64,000 nucleotides of DNA from Octopus vulgaris (GCA_951406725.2 OX597839.1:11904001-11968000); one strand, 5' to 3'. Counted from the stretch's first letter, positions 12,855 through 25,929 are shown. Notes: generated by a model not told the origin, from the sequence alone. Numbers and translations are program-made.

Positions 12855-13268
12855 CTTTATTTCTTTATTGCTCACAAGGGGCTAAGCATAGAAGGGACAA
12901 ACAAGGACAGACAAACGCATTAAGTCGATTACATCGACCCCAGTATGCAACTGGTACTTATTTAATCGACCTCGGAAGGATGAAAGGCAAAGTCGACCTC
13001 GACGGAATTTGAACTCAGAACATAACGGTAGACGAAATACCTATTTCTTTACTATCCACAAGGGGCTAAACACAGAGTGGACAAACAAGGACAGACACAT
13101 GGATTAAGTCGATTATATCGACCCAGTGCGTAACTGGTACTTATTTATTCGACCCCGAAAGGATGAAAGGCAAAGTCGACCTCGGCGGAATTTGAACTCA
13201 GAACGTAGCGGCAGGCGAAATACTGCTCAGCATTTCGCCCGGCGTGCTAACGTTTCTGCCAGCTCGCT
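12855..13268 (-). mobile_element. SINE family B, tandem partial dimer
   Basis: Full copy whose 3' end aaataggtattt runs directly into an internal cgtct... second copy. Confidence 0.9.
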
Positions 13269-13472
13269 TTCTAATATGTCCTAATATAGAAAGAGGAAGG
13301 GTGGCCAAAGCTGGAACATCAGGGTGGATTGTGATTGAAACGCGGACAATTGCGACATATAATAAAACAAATACTTTTACTGTTGTCCCCCCTCTCTCTC
13401 AGAGAAACAATGCATGTATACACACATATACATGCACCTGATCACACGTAGACATTTACACACATATACATA

Positions 13473-13624
13473 GGCGTAGGAGTGGCTGTGTGGTAAGTAG
13501 GTTGCTTACGAACCACATGGTTCCGGGTTCAGTTCCACTGCGTGGCACCTTGGGCAAGTGTCTTCTACTATAGCCTCGGGCTGACCTAAGACAGAAACTG
13601 AAAGAAGCCCGTCGTATATATGTA

Positions 13625-13660
<36 letters not shown>

Positions 13661-13899
13661 TGTATGTATGTATGTATGTATGTATGTATGTATGTGTTTG
13701 TGTGCCTGTGTTTGTCCCCCAACATCGCTTGACAACCGATGCTGGTGTATTTACGTCCCCGTCACTTAGCGGTTCAGCAAAAGACACCTATAGAATAAGT
13801 ATTAGGCTTCCAAAGAATAAGTCCTGGGGTCGATATGCTCGACTAAAGGCGGTGCTCCAGCATGGCCACAGTCAAATGACTGAAGCAAGTAAAAGAGTA
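13473..13899 (+). mobile_element. SINE family A (small internal deletion)
   Basis: Head, microsatellite and tail all present. Confidence 0.92.
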
Positions 13900-14341
13900 T
13901 AGACATCATATTTTACACATATACATGTACAAGCATACACGCATATACATACACATTTACAAATGTATTCACTGACAAATGTACACCCTTTCTTACACAC
14001 ACATATATGCACAAACATACACACGCCTTTTCACACACACACACACACTTACACACACATACATATACACATAAATAAATTCATTGATGAGTACACACAT
14101 TTTCGCACACGCTTTCACACACATTTACAAACATATTCATTAACATTTGTTTCATTCACATATACTTTATTTCTTATGCAGACACACTCTTTCACATACA
14201 CACACACACACACACAACACATACCTCCTCTCTCACTCACACATACACTCTCCCATACGCGCATTCCCACCCTTTCTCACTTTCTTCTCTCACAGAAACA
14301 GTCACATAGTTACAATACTGTCTAAAACACACACATACACA

Positions 14342-14383
<42 letters not shown>

Positions 14384-15509
14384 AACAATCACACGCTAAC
14401 ACATAAAAATGCCTCCATTTCTTTTTGTCCTTATAGATTTCAATAATTCGTTCTTGTCAGTCTCTAAACACAGGAGAGTTCCAACTCTTCTCCATTAAAC
14501 GTCTTTCATCACCAACACCCCACCCCCATCTTCGTCTCATACTTTCGAAGCACAACACAACACCGCACAATACAACACAATACCATACTCTTTTTTCCCA
14601 AGCAGACGATCAGCGTCAAAGCTTCCGCGCCATCTTGTTAATAGCTCTACAAATTAAACTAACAAATAGTTTCCTTGTTCTCTCTCTTTCTCTCTCCCCG
14701 TCTCTCTCTCTGTAGTTTCATCTCCTTCACTCACTCTCTGTCTCTCTCTCTCGTTCATATATTAATCGTTCTTTTCTCTATTTCCCCCTTATTCTGTTTC
14801 TGTCTCACCGTGTCTCCTCGCTTTCTCTTTCTCTTCACCAATCTACGTATCAATCATTATCTCTTTCCTACTCTTCCTGTCTCTCTTGCTTTCTCTTTCT
14901 CTGCATCTATATGCCATTCTCTCTCACTCTCCCCCCTCTGCTTCTCCCTCTCATTCATTCTCACTCACCCTTTCCCACCATTCTGACAACTTCCTGCTGT
15001 CTTTCAGACCGACTAAGTCATGCAATCCTTGACACATTGCGAGGAATTCCCAGAGAAGAATGGAGAGGCGGCATGTCTGTAATGACCACAATGGAAGCCG
15101 GGATAGGAGTAATTTAAATAGAATCTATAATTATATTAACATCGCTGTTACAACTGTTGTTGTTGCTGTTATTGTTGTTATCATTCATGTTGTTGTTTCT
15201 TCCAACAGTTTTTACAGAATGAAGTCAGATTAATAATTATTGTGTCGTGACAGCTTTAAAATATTGTCATCCACCAATTGTTCTGTCTGGTATAAAAACA
15301 GTATAGAGCGGTGGTGTTGTGGTATAGTATGGGGTACTGCAGTGTGGCGTCGTGAAATATACTGTATGGAGGAGCGGTGTAGTTTTCCTGTAGGGTAGCG
15401 TACTGGGGTCTAGGGCGGTGTAGCGCGGTGCGGTGAAGCGTGATGTTGCGTAGAATGGTGTGTGTACGGCCGGGTGGTGCGGTGTTGTATGATTTAATGT
15501 AGCGTAACA

Positions 15510-16090
15510 TGAAGCTTGGCTTGGTGGTTAGGGATATTCGACTCACGATCGAAAGATCGTGTGTTCGATTTCCGTCGGGTTTACAATCACGAGGCTGAGA
15601 ATTCGATTCCCAGACCAGGCTGCGGGTTGTGTTCTTCAGCAAGACACCTTATTTCACGTTGCCCCAGTTCACTTAACTGTAGAATTAAGTTGCAATGTCA
15701 CTAGTGCCAAGCTGTATCGACCTTTGCCTTTCTTTCGGTGGCGTGGAGAAGGAAGGCCGGTATGCATGGGCGACTGCTGGCCTTCCACAAGCAACCTTGC
15801 CCGGACTTGTGTCTCGGAGGGGAACGTTCTAAGTGCAATCCCATGGTCATTCATGACTGAAGGGGTATTTTTTAGTGGTTACGTTATTCGGCTCACGACT
15901 GTAAGGTGGTGAGTTCGATTCCTGACGGCACGCTAGCGGCCAGCCTTGTCATATTCCGTGTCACGCTGGTTCTTCCCGAAACTACGTTAAGGGTACGCGT
16001 GTCTGTGGATTGCTCAGCCACTCGCGCGTTAATTCCACGAACAGGCTGTTCCGTTGATCGGATCAACTGAAACACTTCAGCGTAACCAAA
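15510..16090 (+). mobile_element. Two adjacent family D-type tRNA-derived SINEs with different tails
   Basis: A-box tggcttggtggtt, B-box gttcgatt(c/t)c, cagcaagacac...atttcacgttgc motif. The second copy starts at ~15872. Confidence 0.75.
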
Positions 16091-16105
16091 GGTGTATGTG
16101 TGTGA

Positions 16106-16175
<70 letters not shown>

Positions 16176-16825
16176 ACTAATCTATGTTGTATATGTATGT
16201 ACATAAATATGATCTTATATGTGGCTGTGTGCACGGAAATTGTTTGTATGTATGTATGTATGTATGTATGTATGTATGTATGTATGTAGGTAGGTAGGTA
16301 TGTGTTTGTGTGTCTATGTATGTATGTAATGCATGAATGTATGTATGCGTGGGTATGATTTTAAAATGTATCCAGTAGTGGGGTCCTGGTACAAGAGTTT
16401 CAGGCACTTGAAAAGTGCGGAACTATCTCATAGCCATTATTGTTCCCAGATCCACTCCGACCAAGAGTAGAAACATCTGTAATGGTGCCAACTAACATGT
16501 GGAACATGGGGAGTGGAAGGACTTCTAGTACTGCTTACATCATCCTGCTATGAGAAAGTAACCTCGAATAAAAATAAAGCCCGCAGTGCAGTCGGTTTCT
16601 GGTCGTCTCAGCCTTTGTTGTGACTCAGATGTTAAAGCAGTTTGCACTGGATTTACTGAGCTTAGGAAGTGGTCATATTCGGTCACAAGATGACTTCCAC
16701 CATGCACGTACGTATGTGTATATGTATATATGTACGTATGTATTTATGTATGTATGTATTTATGTATGTATGTATGGGCAGATGGTCGTAGGTATGCACG
16801 TATGTATCTGTCTGTGTATAAGTAT

Positions 16826-17210
16826 GTACTCTTTTACTTGTTTCAGTCATTTGACTACGGCCATGCTGGAGCACCGCCTTTAGTCGAGCAAATCGACCCC
16901 AGGACTTATTCTTTGTAAGCCTACTACTTATTCCATCGGTCTATTTTGCCGAACCGCTAAGTTACGGGGACGTAAACACACCACCACAAGCGATGTTGGC
17001 GTACAAACACAGACACATAAACATACACACACACACATACATTCATACGATGGGCTTCTTTTAGTTTCCATCTACCAAGTCCACTCATAAGGCTTTGGTC
17101 GGCCTGAGACTATAGTAGAAGACACTTGCCCAAGGTGCCACGTAGTGGGACTGAACCCGGAACCATGTGGTTCATAAGCAAGCTACTTACCACAAAGCTA
17201 CTCCTACGCC
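16826..17210 (-). mobile_element. SINE family A, full length
   Basis: Reverse complement of family A. Confidence 0.92.
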
Positions 17211-17744
17211 TATGTAGGTAAGTATTTATGTACGTATGTGTGTGTATCTATGTGAATGTATGTATGTATGTATGTATGTATGTATGTATGTATGTATGTA
17301 TGTATGTATGTATGTATGTATGCATATATGGGTCTATTACGTATGGGCGTATGTGTGTCTGTGTGTAGGCATGCACGTATGTATGCGTGTATGTATATGT
17401 GTATGTATGTGTAAGTGTAAGTATGTATGCATGAACTTATAAATGCATGCGTGTATGCACGCATGTATGTCTGTGTATATTTATGTATGTATGCACGCAT
17501 ATATGTATGTATGTAAGTGTAATTTAAATATCATGCCGTTGCATCATCATCCTCCACCTCTTCTTCATCATTCGTTAGCATACCGGATGAAATGCTTAGC
17601 GACATTTCGTCTGATAAGGGTACATCAGACACATGCATCAGAACAATATGTGCGCGACTTGGTGATCTCATATCAAGATAAACAGCGCATGACCTTGCAG
17701 GTGGGGCCCAGTTAAATTTTATCCAAACAGTTGAGAACAGAAGC

Positions 17745-18125
17745 CATGTGTTTAGCCCCTTGTAGGTAGTAAAGAAATAGGTATTTCGTCTGCCGTTACG
17801 TTCTGAGTTCAAATTCCGCCGAGGTCGACTTTGCCTTTCATCCTTTCGGGGTCGATTAAATAAGTACCAGTTACGCACTGGAGTCGATATAATCGTCTTA
17901 ATCCGTTTGTCTGTCCTTGTTTGTCCTCTCTGTGTTTAGCCCCTTGTGGGTAGTACAGAAATAGGTATTTAGATTCTGAGTTCAAATCCCGCTGAGGTCG
18001 ACTTTGCCTTTCATCCTTTCGGGATCGATAAATCAAATACCAGTTGCGTACTGGATCGATCTAATCGACTGGCCCCCATACCCCAAATTTCGGGCATTGT
18101 GCCTAGAATAGAAAAGATTATTATT
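17745..18125 (+). mobile_element. SINE family B tandem array (tail + body + body with alternative tail)
   Basis: Two junctions at gaaataggtattt. The last unit ends ccaaatttcgggcattgtgcctagaatagaaaagattattatt. Confidence 0.88.
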
Positions 18126-18901
18126 ACAGTTGTTGTTGTTGTTGTTGTTGTTGTTCTTCTTCTTCTTCTTCTTCTTCTTCTTCTTCTTCTTCTTCTTCTT
18201 TTCTTTTTCTTTTTCTTTTTATTATTTTATTATTTTCTTCTTCTTCTTCTTATTATTATTATTATCATCTGCCCAGATTTCTGTCTTTTGCTCTGTTTTA
18301 ATTAGCTCGCAGTGTTTATCACTATCTCATTATTCACCACCACCACCACCACCGCCGCCATCACGACCATCGGACCATCAGGGACCTCCAACGACACAAC
18401 AAGCATCAGCCGCCACCACCACCACCACCACCATCATCATCGTCGCCGCAATTGCCATAAGTTACCGGTTTTTGCATCGCGTCGGCCAGTCTATCTTTCC
18501 ACGCTGCTCAAACATGACTTCTTTTGCTATCGCCAGTTGAGGCTGTTGTTGAACAAGACGTTCGGCTCCAGTAAGTCGACCAGTAGATGTCGCTAGCGAA
18601 TTAAACGCCTTATGATCACGAAAGATAGTTTGCCAGGGGCGTTTGATAATGTTGTTGCTGTTGTTGTTGTTGTTGTCATCGCCGTCGTCGTCGTCGTTGC
18701 TACGCATGCTGTGTATTATACATGTATGTATGTGTGTATATGTACATGTACATATGCTTGTATGTATGCATATATGAATGTGCGTGTGTGTTTATATGTG
18801 TATAACATACACCCCCACACTCACATGCGCACACAGACATATAATAGATTTAGGTATTTGGGTATATATGTATATAGGCATGCATGTATGCATATATATG
18901 C

Positions 18902-18942
<41 letters not shown>

Positions 18943-19639
18943 CACACACATGTATATATACATATGTAAATACACACATACACATATATCTACATATACA
19001 TATACAGATATATACACACACGCGCAAACACACTCACATACACACACACACACACACACACATATGTATATACATACACACACACTCACGCACGCGCACA
19101 CACACTCACATATATCTGTATGTATGTATGTATGTATGTATGTATGTATGCATGTATGTATGATACACGTGTGCATATGTCTTGTATGTGTGCTTATATG
19201 AATCACTTCATTTACTCAACTATCAGATCGGGGTATTTTTTTATGTCTATTTTATATCTTCTTGTTTTCCATTTTATTTTTATATATATTATCATTTACG
19301 TACTTAATGTTTTAATTTTCTTTTACGATGGTCGATGATGTGTTTGCTGCTGCCGCTGCCGCTGCTGTTGGTGACGTCGTCGTCTTCACTTTTTGTTGTT
19401 GTTGTTGTTGTTAATCACAGATTGTCACAGTTTAATTATAACTAATCCCTTACAGCAATCCCCTCATCCTCTTCACCCCTTTCATCCCACGCCACCCCTA
19501 TTACATTTCTTCCACATCCGTCGCCTCCTCCTTCATTTCTCTTTCATCTCTTCTTCATCTCTACCATACTTTCTTTCTGCCTTACTCCCTCCGTTCACCC
19601 TTTCTCACTTTCTTCGCCATGTCTTTACAAAGATTTTTA

Positions 19640-19683
<44 letters not shown>

Positions 19684-20139
19684 CATCATTATGACTGTTG
19701 TTGCTGCTGTTATTGTTGTTGTTGTTCTGTCTGTGTGTACCGATATCGGTTGGAAGAAATTACAAGTTTTTACTTCCTAACACACATTTCTTGCAGCGCT
19801 ATTGCCGTGGAATCTCCTCGTTTAGCATTCACAATTCAATGTTCGACATCTGCAGCGCTTGGAAATATTATATTTAGATCCTGTGTCAGCCATGTTGGAC
19901 GTTAAACGAATAGCATTACGGCCATCTTGTTAAACTGCTCAACATTACAGAGTAACATAGTTTTCTATATAAAAACATGATTGTTCTTCTTAGATTGTTG
20001 TTGTTGTTGTTGTTGTTATTGCTGTTGCTGCGACGGGGTTGGCTTTGTTGTTGTTAGTCTTCATGTTTTGTTGTTGATTTTGCTTTTGTTGTTTTCGGAT
20101 TGATGTAATTATGGTATATATTACTGTTGTTGTTGCTAA

Positions 20140-20335
20140 GAGCGACGAGCTGGCAGACTCGTTAGCTTCGCAGCATTTCGTCCGCCTTTACGTTCTGAGT
20201 TCAAATTCCGCCGAGGTCGACTTTGCTTTTCGTCCTTTCAGGGTTGGTAAAATAAGTAATAGTTGAGCATAGAATCAATCAAACAGACTTGTTCTCTCAC
20301 TGAAATTCCTGGCCTTGTGCCAAAATATGAAAACG
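20140..20335 (+). mobile_element. SINE family B (decayed)
   Basis: Head, core and gccttgtgccaaaa tail. Confidence 0.8.
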
Positions 20336-20377
20336 AATTAATTATTGTTGCTGTCAAAGCAGCAAGGTAAAACTTTA

Positions 20378-20814
20378 GGATCTTTTCGGTTTGAACGGCA
20401 GTTTTTTAAAATAATTTCCACATAACTAAACATTTTAAAACTTCGTATACTGGTAGAATGTGTTTATAAAACATCTTTTTCTCTTGGCTTTATTGAGAAA
20501 ATTCTATAGTTTGTAAGATATTTGTTGTTGTTTTTCTTCAATTTCTGCAATTTCAACCAATCAATGACGTCTATTAAGGTGAAAACATTCTGTGCCGTCT
20601 GAAAATGTCCCTCGTTTAAGAAACAGATTGGGTTTATTTACATTTCTGAAGAAAAAAGATACCCTTCCCCCACCCCTAACCCTAATTAACCCTAACTCTT
20701 ACCCTAACCCTAAAACAGATTGAAATGCAATAGATCGATACTAGGGTCATAATTATGGGTAACAATTTCATATAACACCTCTAGAAAAAACTGCCGGTCA
20801 AACCGAAAAGATCC
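20378..20814. mobile_element. MITE with 30-bp TIRs and internal (CCCTAA)n
   Basis: GGATCTTTTCGGTTTGAACGGCAGTTTTTT / AAAAAACTGCCGGTCAAACCGAAAAGATCC. A second copy lies at 36524-36846. Confidence 0.9.
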
Positions 20815-21303
20815 AAAAAATCTTTAGGCTTTATGCCTAAAGTGTTTTCGTGGGCGGAAAACTGGTTGAATCGTTAGAGCGTTGGGCACATTGTAGTATA
20901 TTTCTCTAACCGAACGAAAACAAGCATGGAAGGTCGTTAGACCAGAACAAGGGGGAAAATTCATTCATATGGCGAAACATCGATGTCCATCACTCTCAAA
21001 TGGAATTGAATGTGAGATATCTCATCTGTTCATGACAAAGGTGTTTTAATACCGGCGACATGAGAGTTTATATCCGCTGGTACGCCTTTACAGCCACCGG
21101 AAGTTACACAAAGCATATGTATTAGTATATGTACGTACGTAGGTATGTATGTATGCACACTCATACATCTATATACACGCACCATATGAAAAGACACGTG
21201 TATATAATCACACACAGACATGCACTGTGGCATATACAAATACACACACACATACACATCTATTTATCTATCTATCAATATATCTATTATCTATCTATCT
21301 AAC

Positions 21304-21406
<103 letters not shown>

Positions 21407-21750
21407 ATAGACTTACATATAGACACAACACTTGTATGTGTACATATTATACATGTATGTAACAATGAATGCTTTTCTTTCAAGATCAAAGATTAAAGAA
21501 GGATCTCTTGTTCTCCGTCGCTGCCCCATTTTTTCTAGAAACAACAACAATAACAACAATGGCCGCTATACACCTTTCGATTGACGATTTTGTCGCTAAT
21601 GAACTCACTTGACATACGTCGAATATAACCAATCAATATTTATATATATCGATAAACATATATTTGTATATGCATACATACAGAAATCTATAAAATATAT
21701 ATGTATGTGTGTATATATGATGTATACATATATGTATGTATGTACGTATG

Positions 21751-21790
<40 letters not shown>

Positions 21791-21933
21791 TATATATATA
21801 CATAATATATGTATGTATATATATATATATATATGCATATATATATATGTATGTATATATGTGTGTGTGTGAGCATATATATATATATATGTATCTATGT
21901 ATCTATATATATACATACATACACATATATGTG

Positions 21934-21964
<31 letters not shown>

Positions 21965-22053
21965 CTATATATATATATACATATATATATGTGTGTATGT
22001 ATGTATATATATATATTTATATATATATATATATATGTATGTGTGTATGTATG

Positions 22054-22114
<61 letters not shown>

Positions 22115-22894
22115 GCACAGAAAGAGAGCTTCTCTTGTATTGTATAAAAAGTTTACATCCGTTTGACGTTAGTTCGATTATTTCGAATCATTAAATTTCT
22201 TCTTCTTTCCTCCTCCTTCCGCATCATCCTCATCATCATCATCATCATCTTTTTTAATGTTTCATACACCCCTATGACAATACACACATACATACAGACA
22301 CATGAAATGCAAACTGTTCAACAGCGCCACCATTAGAATTCGTGGTCAACAAAGCCCACTCTCATACGGCCCGAGAAGTTCCCTGAACCCGCGTGTGTGT
22401 GTGTGTGTGTTTGTGAGCCATGCGTGCATACAATGATACATATACTATAATTTATAGATATAGATATGGATATATACATTCACGCTATAACACAGACGTA
22501 TATATATAATATGTGTTTTTATATATATATATATACACACACATATGTGTGTGTGTATGTATGTTTGTGTGCGCGTGTATATATAGACTCACACGCATAT
22601 TCACACACACATATGCATGGTTTCCGCTCTATTCTCAGCCACTCTTCCTGTTTATTCACGCGTGCCACCGCCCACTTCGCCCCAGCCCTACACTCTAACC
22701 CATACCTCAGCCCGACACTTTTCTCCAAACTAACTCCTTTTTGGCTCTACCCTTCATGCCCCCACCCTCGTCATCTAGAACTTTCTTCCGTCGTCTAACT
22801 CAACTGTCTTTTATTTTAGGTCCTCTCTCACTGGGCGACTCGTAATCTCGATCCACTCCTTCAACCCACCCCATTCAATCTTGCCCACGGGTAA

Positions 22895-23640
22895 AGGCAA
22901 GTGGCTTAGTGGTCATGGTATTTGGACTACAAATACCATGACAAGGCGGCGAGCTGGCAGAAACGTTAGCACGCCGGGCGAAATGCTTAGCCGTATTTCG
23001 TCTGCCGCTAGGTTCTGAGTTCAAATTCCGCCGAGGTGGACTTTGTTCGAGGTCGATTAAATAAGTACCAGTTACGCACTGGGGTCGATATATTGACTTA
23101 ATCCGTTTGTCTGTTCTTGTTTGTCCCCTCTGTGTTTAGCCCCTTGTGGGTAGTAAAGAAATAGGTATTTGGACTACAATCGTAAAGTCGCGAGTTCGAT
23201 TCCCAGTGGCACATTGTGTCCTTGAGCAAGACACTTTATTTCATTTTGCTCCTGTCCACTCAGCAGGCAATAAAGACTTCTGCCTGTAATTTAAAGGGCC
23301 AGCCTTGTGACAATATGTGTCATGCTGACTCTTCATGCGAACTACGTTAAGAATAATCGTGAGTTCGATTCCTGGCGGTGTGTAGTGTCTTTGAGCTAGA
23401 CACTTCATTTCACTTTGCTCCTGTTCCCTTAGCTGGCACAATTGAGCCGTACCTTTATTTCAAAAGGGCCAACCTTATCGCATTCCATGTCCTGCTGAAT
23501 CTCCCTGAGAACTACATTAATGGGTACGCGTGTCGGTGGGGAGCTCAACCACTTGGATGTTAATTTCACGAGATGGCTGTGAAATTGATCGGATCAACTG
23601 GAACAGTCCTCATCGCAACCGACGAAGTGCCAGACCATCC
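22895..23640 (+). mobile_element. Nested SINEs: family B (22945-23170) inserted in the head of a family D copy, followed by a second D copy
   Basis: The duplicated target ggtatttggactacaa flanks the B copy. Confidence 0.85.
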
Positions 23641-23919
23641 ACTCACACATCCACTCCCTTTTTTTCCATATCCGCGAGCCCCACCCCACAATCGTCTCAA
23701 TCATCCCCTCCATACAAACCTAGCATCCACTTCGACAAGAGCTGTATGTTCCACAAACTTGTACGCAGACCTTTCGATCCTGGTTATGATTTTAAAATGC
23801 ATCCACTGGTGGGGTTGTGGGTCGGTAGTGTTAGGGTTTTGAGGAGCGTTGGCCCACCCGTCGAAGTGGAGAGTCGCCGCTTTAGCAGAAACATAGTAGT
23901 ATGTTGTGTGTTTGGGTTT

Positions 23920-24250
23920 TGCCGTAGTTTTGTGAGTGAATTTGGTAGACGGAAACTGAAAAAAGCCCGTCGTGTGTACATATATATATTATGTGTGCGT
24001 GTGTGTTTGAGTGTGTGTGTGTGTATGTATTGTCCCTACCACTACCACCACCACCACCACCGTTTCACGACCGGTATTGGTTTCTTTGCGTCTCCGTAAC
24101 ATAGCGGTTCGGCAAAATGACCGATAGAATAATAACCCGAATTTTAAAAAAACAAAAAAGCATAAATACTGGGGTCGACTAAACTTGCCAAAGTGATGCC
24201 CCAGCATGGTCGCAGTCCAATTACTGAAACAAGCCAAGGATAAAAGGAAG
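23920..24250 (+). mobile_element. SINE family A, 5'-truncated
   Basis: gtgagtgaatttggtagacggaaactgaaa... through the tail. Confidence 0.8.
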
Positions 24251-24653
24251 ATAATAGAGAAGTGATTTCAGCAGAAATTATAATCATAATTTTTCTATTT
24301 ACTCATCACATTAATGCCAATTAAGCACTCATATTAATTAATTGCTCTTATTAATTATGTATAATTATTTGCTCCACATTTATTTCTCTTTTGGTTTTCA
24401 TTTTACTTTAAATATCTGTTCTGTTTCTGTGTCGGATATTATTATTGCAAGGAGAACAGATGTTTGCCATTCACTCACAATATGCACGGATGCGCATGTA
24501 CATATATTTGCGCATGTTTTTATTTGTTTATATGTATTCATGTTTGTGTGAATGGTTCCGGGTTCAGTTCCACTGCCTGGCATCTCGGCCCGACAAAAGC
24601 CTTTTGAGTGAATTTGGTAGACGGAAACTGAAAGAAGCTTGTCGTGTATATAT

Positions 24654-24724
<71 letters not shown>

Positions 24725-24759
24725 TCGCCATGTTGATTCGTTAGTTACTGCACGCACTT

Positions 24760-24933
24760 TTTTTCTCTCCTTCTTTCTGTGTTTTTTTTCTCTGTGTATC
24801 TTTCTGTTGAAGAGCGTAGGCTCGAAACGTTAAAGACTTGTTTTATTTATATTTCCTGAGCGCCATACTAATACAATTGTTTGTTTGTTTTCCACCTGCC
24901 TTCGTCTTTTGTCTATTTTCATAAAGCTTCCCG

Positions 24934-24935
<2 letters not shown>
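24760..24935 (+). mobile_element. PLE-like terminal-repeat fragment with variant type I hammerhead (24799-24836)
   Basis: UCUUU-CUGUUGA-A-GAGC(GUAG)GCUC-GAAAC-GUU-AAAGA, abutting (TA)n. Same family at 54465-54615 and 59645-59860. Confidence 0.7.
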
Positions 24936-25019
<84 letters not shown>

Positions 25020-25031
25020 GTATATATATAC

Positions 25032-25073
<42 letters not shown>

Positions 25074-25213
25074 CGATAGGTGAATGAATTATCCTATGTT
25101 TACCGTCAACATGGAAAAACCGATACCAGGGTAGCAAATTCACGTCAGAAACACGGTTGAAGCGACCTGTCCAAGGGTAGAAAGTCCGGGTTCATGTGCA
25201 GAAATGTGTGTGT

Positions 25214-25307
25214 TATATATGAATAAATAAATGAATGGAGTTGAACGAAGATGTTAACAAAATTCCTCATCTTCGTTCAACTCCATTCATTTATTTATTC
25301 ATATATA
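25214..25307. repeat. Perfect 40-bp inverted repeat with 14-nt loop
   Basis: tatatatgaataaataaatgaatggagttgaacgaagatg / catcttcgttcaactccattcatttatttattcatatata. Confidence 0.95.
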
Positions 25308-25329
25308 TATACATATATATATATATATG

Positions 25330-25665
25330 TTCTCTCTAGTTTCAGCTCAGAGCTGCGGCCAAGCTGATGCACCGCCGTTTTTCTACACGGTTATTACTAA
25401 GAGCCTCCTCCAATATGTGACACTTGGTGAAGAATGGAGTTTGATATAGCTACCCTCATTTGCACCTCTTGACGTGAGGTAGGTTCATCTGGGACTCTCG
25501 ACAGGAAGAGGTCCAGCTTTGATTTAAAAACCCCTACATCTACCTTGTGCAAGTTCCTCCGACTCTTTGGGAGAATATTAAAAAGCTGTGGGCCCTTGAA
25601 ACCCAGGTTGTTGCAGTAACTGGTCCTGAAGCATGATGGCGTTGCTGGGATCTTTGGCAATATGC
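25330..25665 (-). pseudogene. 3' end of a CR1/L2/Crack-group LINE (ORF2 C-terminus plus 3' UTR)
   Basis: GPQLFNILPK..RNL....V.VFKSKLDLFLSRVPDEP...NSILHQ is typical of ORF2 C-termini in this group, followed by a stem-loop tail. Confidence 0.8.
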
Positions 25666-25724
25666 AGATATATATATATATATATATCTGTAAATATAAT
25701 ATGTGATAATTATTCGGTCGACAT

Positions 25725-25785
25725 GATAAAACTCCGAATTTCGGATGTCGGGGCGGAAACCCACGCCGGCATCTTTTCAGTTATC
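25725..25785 (-). ncRNA. Decayed type I hammerhead in a PLE-like fragment
   Basis: GAUAA-CUGAAAA-long stem II (GAUGCCGGCGUGG/CCGCCCCGACAUC)-CGAAA-UUCGGAG-UU-UUAUC. Stem I has 5 bp; core G8 is mutated. Confidence 0.6.
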
Positions 25786-25863
25786 GGGCCATCAAAAAAA
25801 ATTCCTCTATTTACATAATATCGAGATCTCTTTCATTCTTTTGTTGTCTTACCATTTCTATCA

Positions 25864-25929
<66 letters not shown>

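Noticed and set aside
16380-16700. Possible RTE-like 5' UTR fragment or unique regulatory island
   Set aside because: No second copy or coding motif in the window to support a call.
20670-20715. Telomere or chromosome-fusion scar
   Set aside because: Only a few CCCTAA units, internal to a multi-copy MITE.
22322-22338. CTCF-like site cagcgccaccattag
   Set aside because: Only a partial match, with no supporting context.
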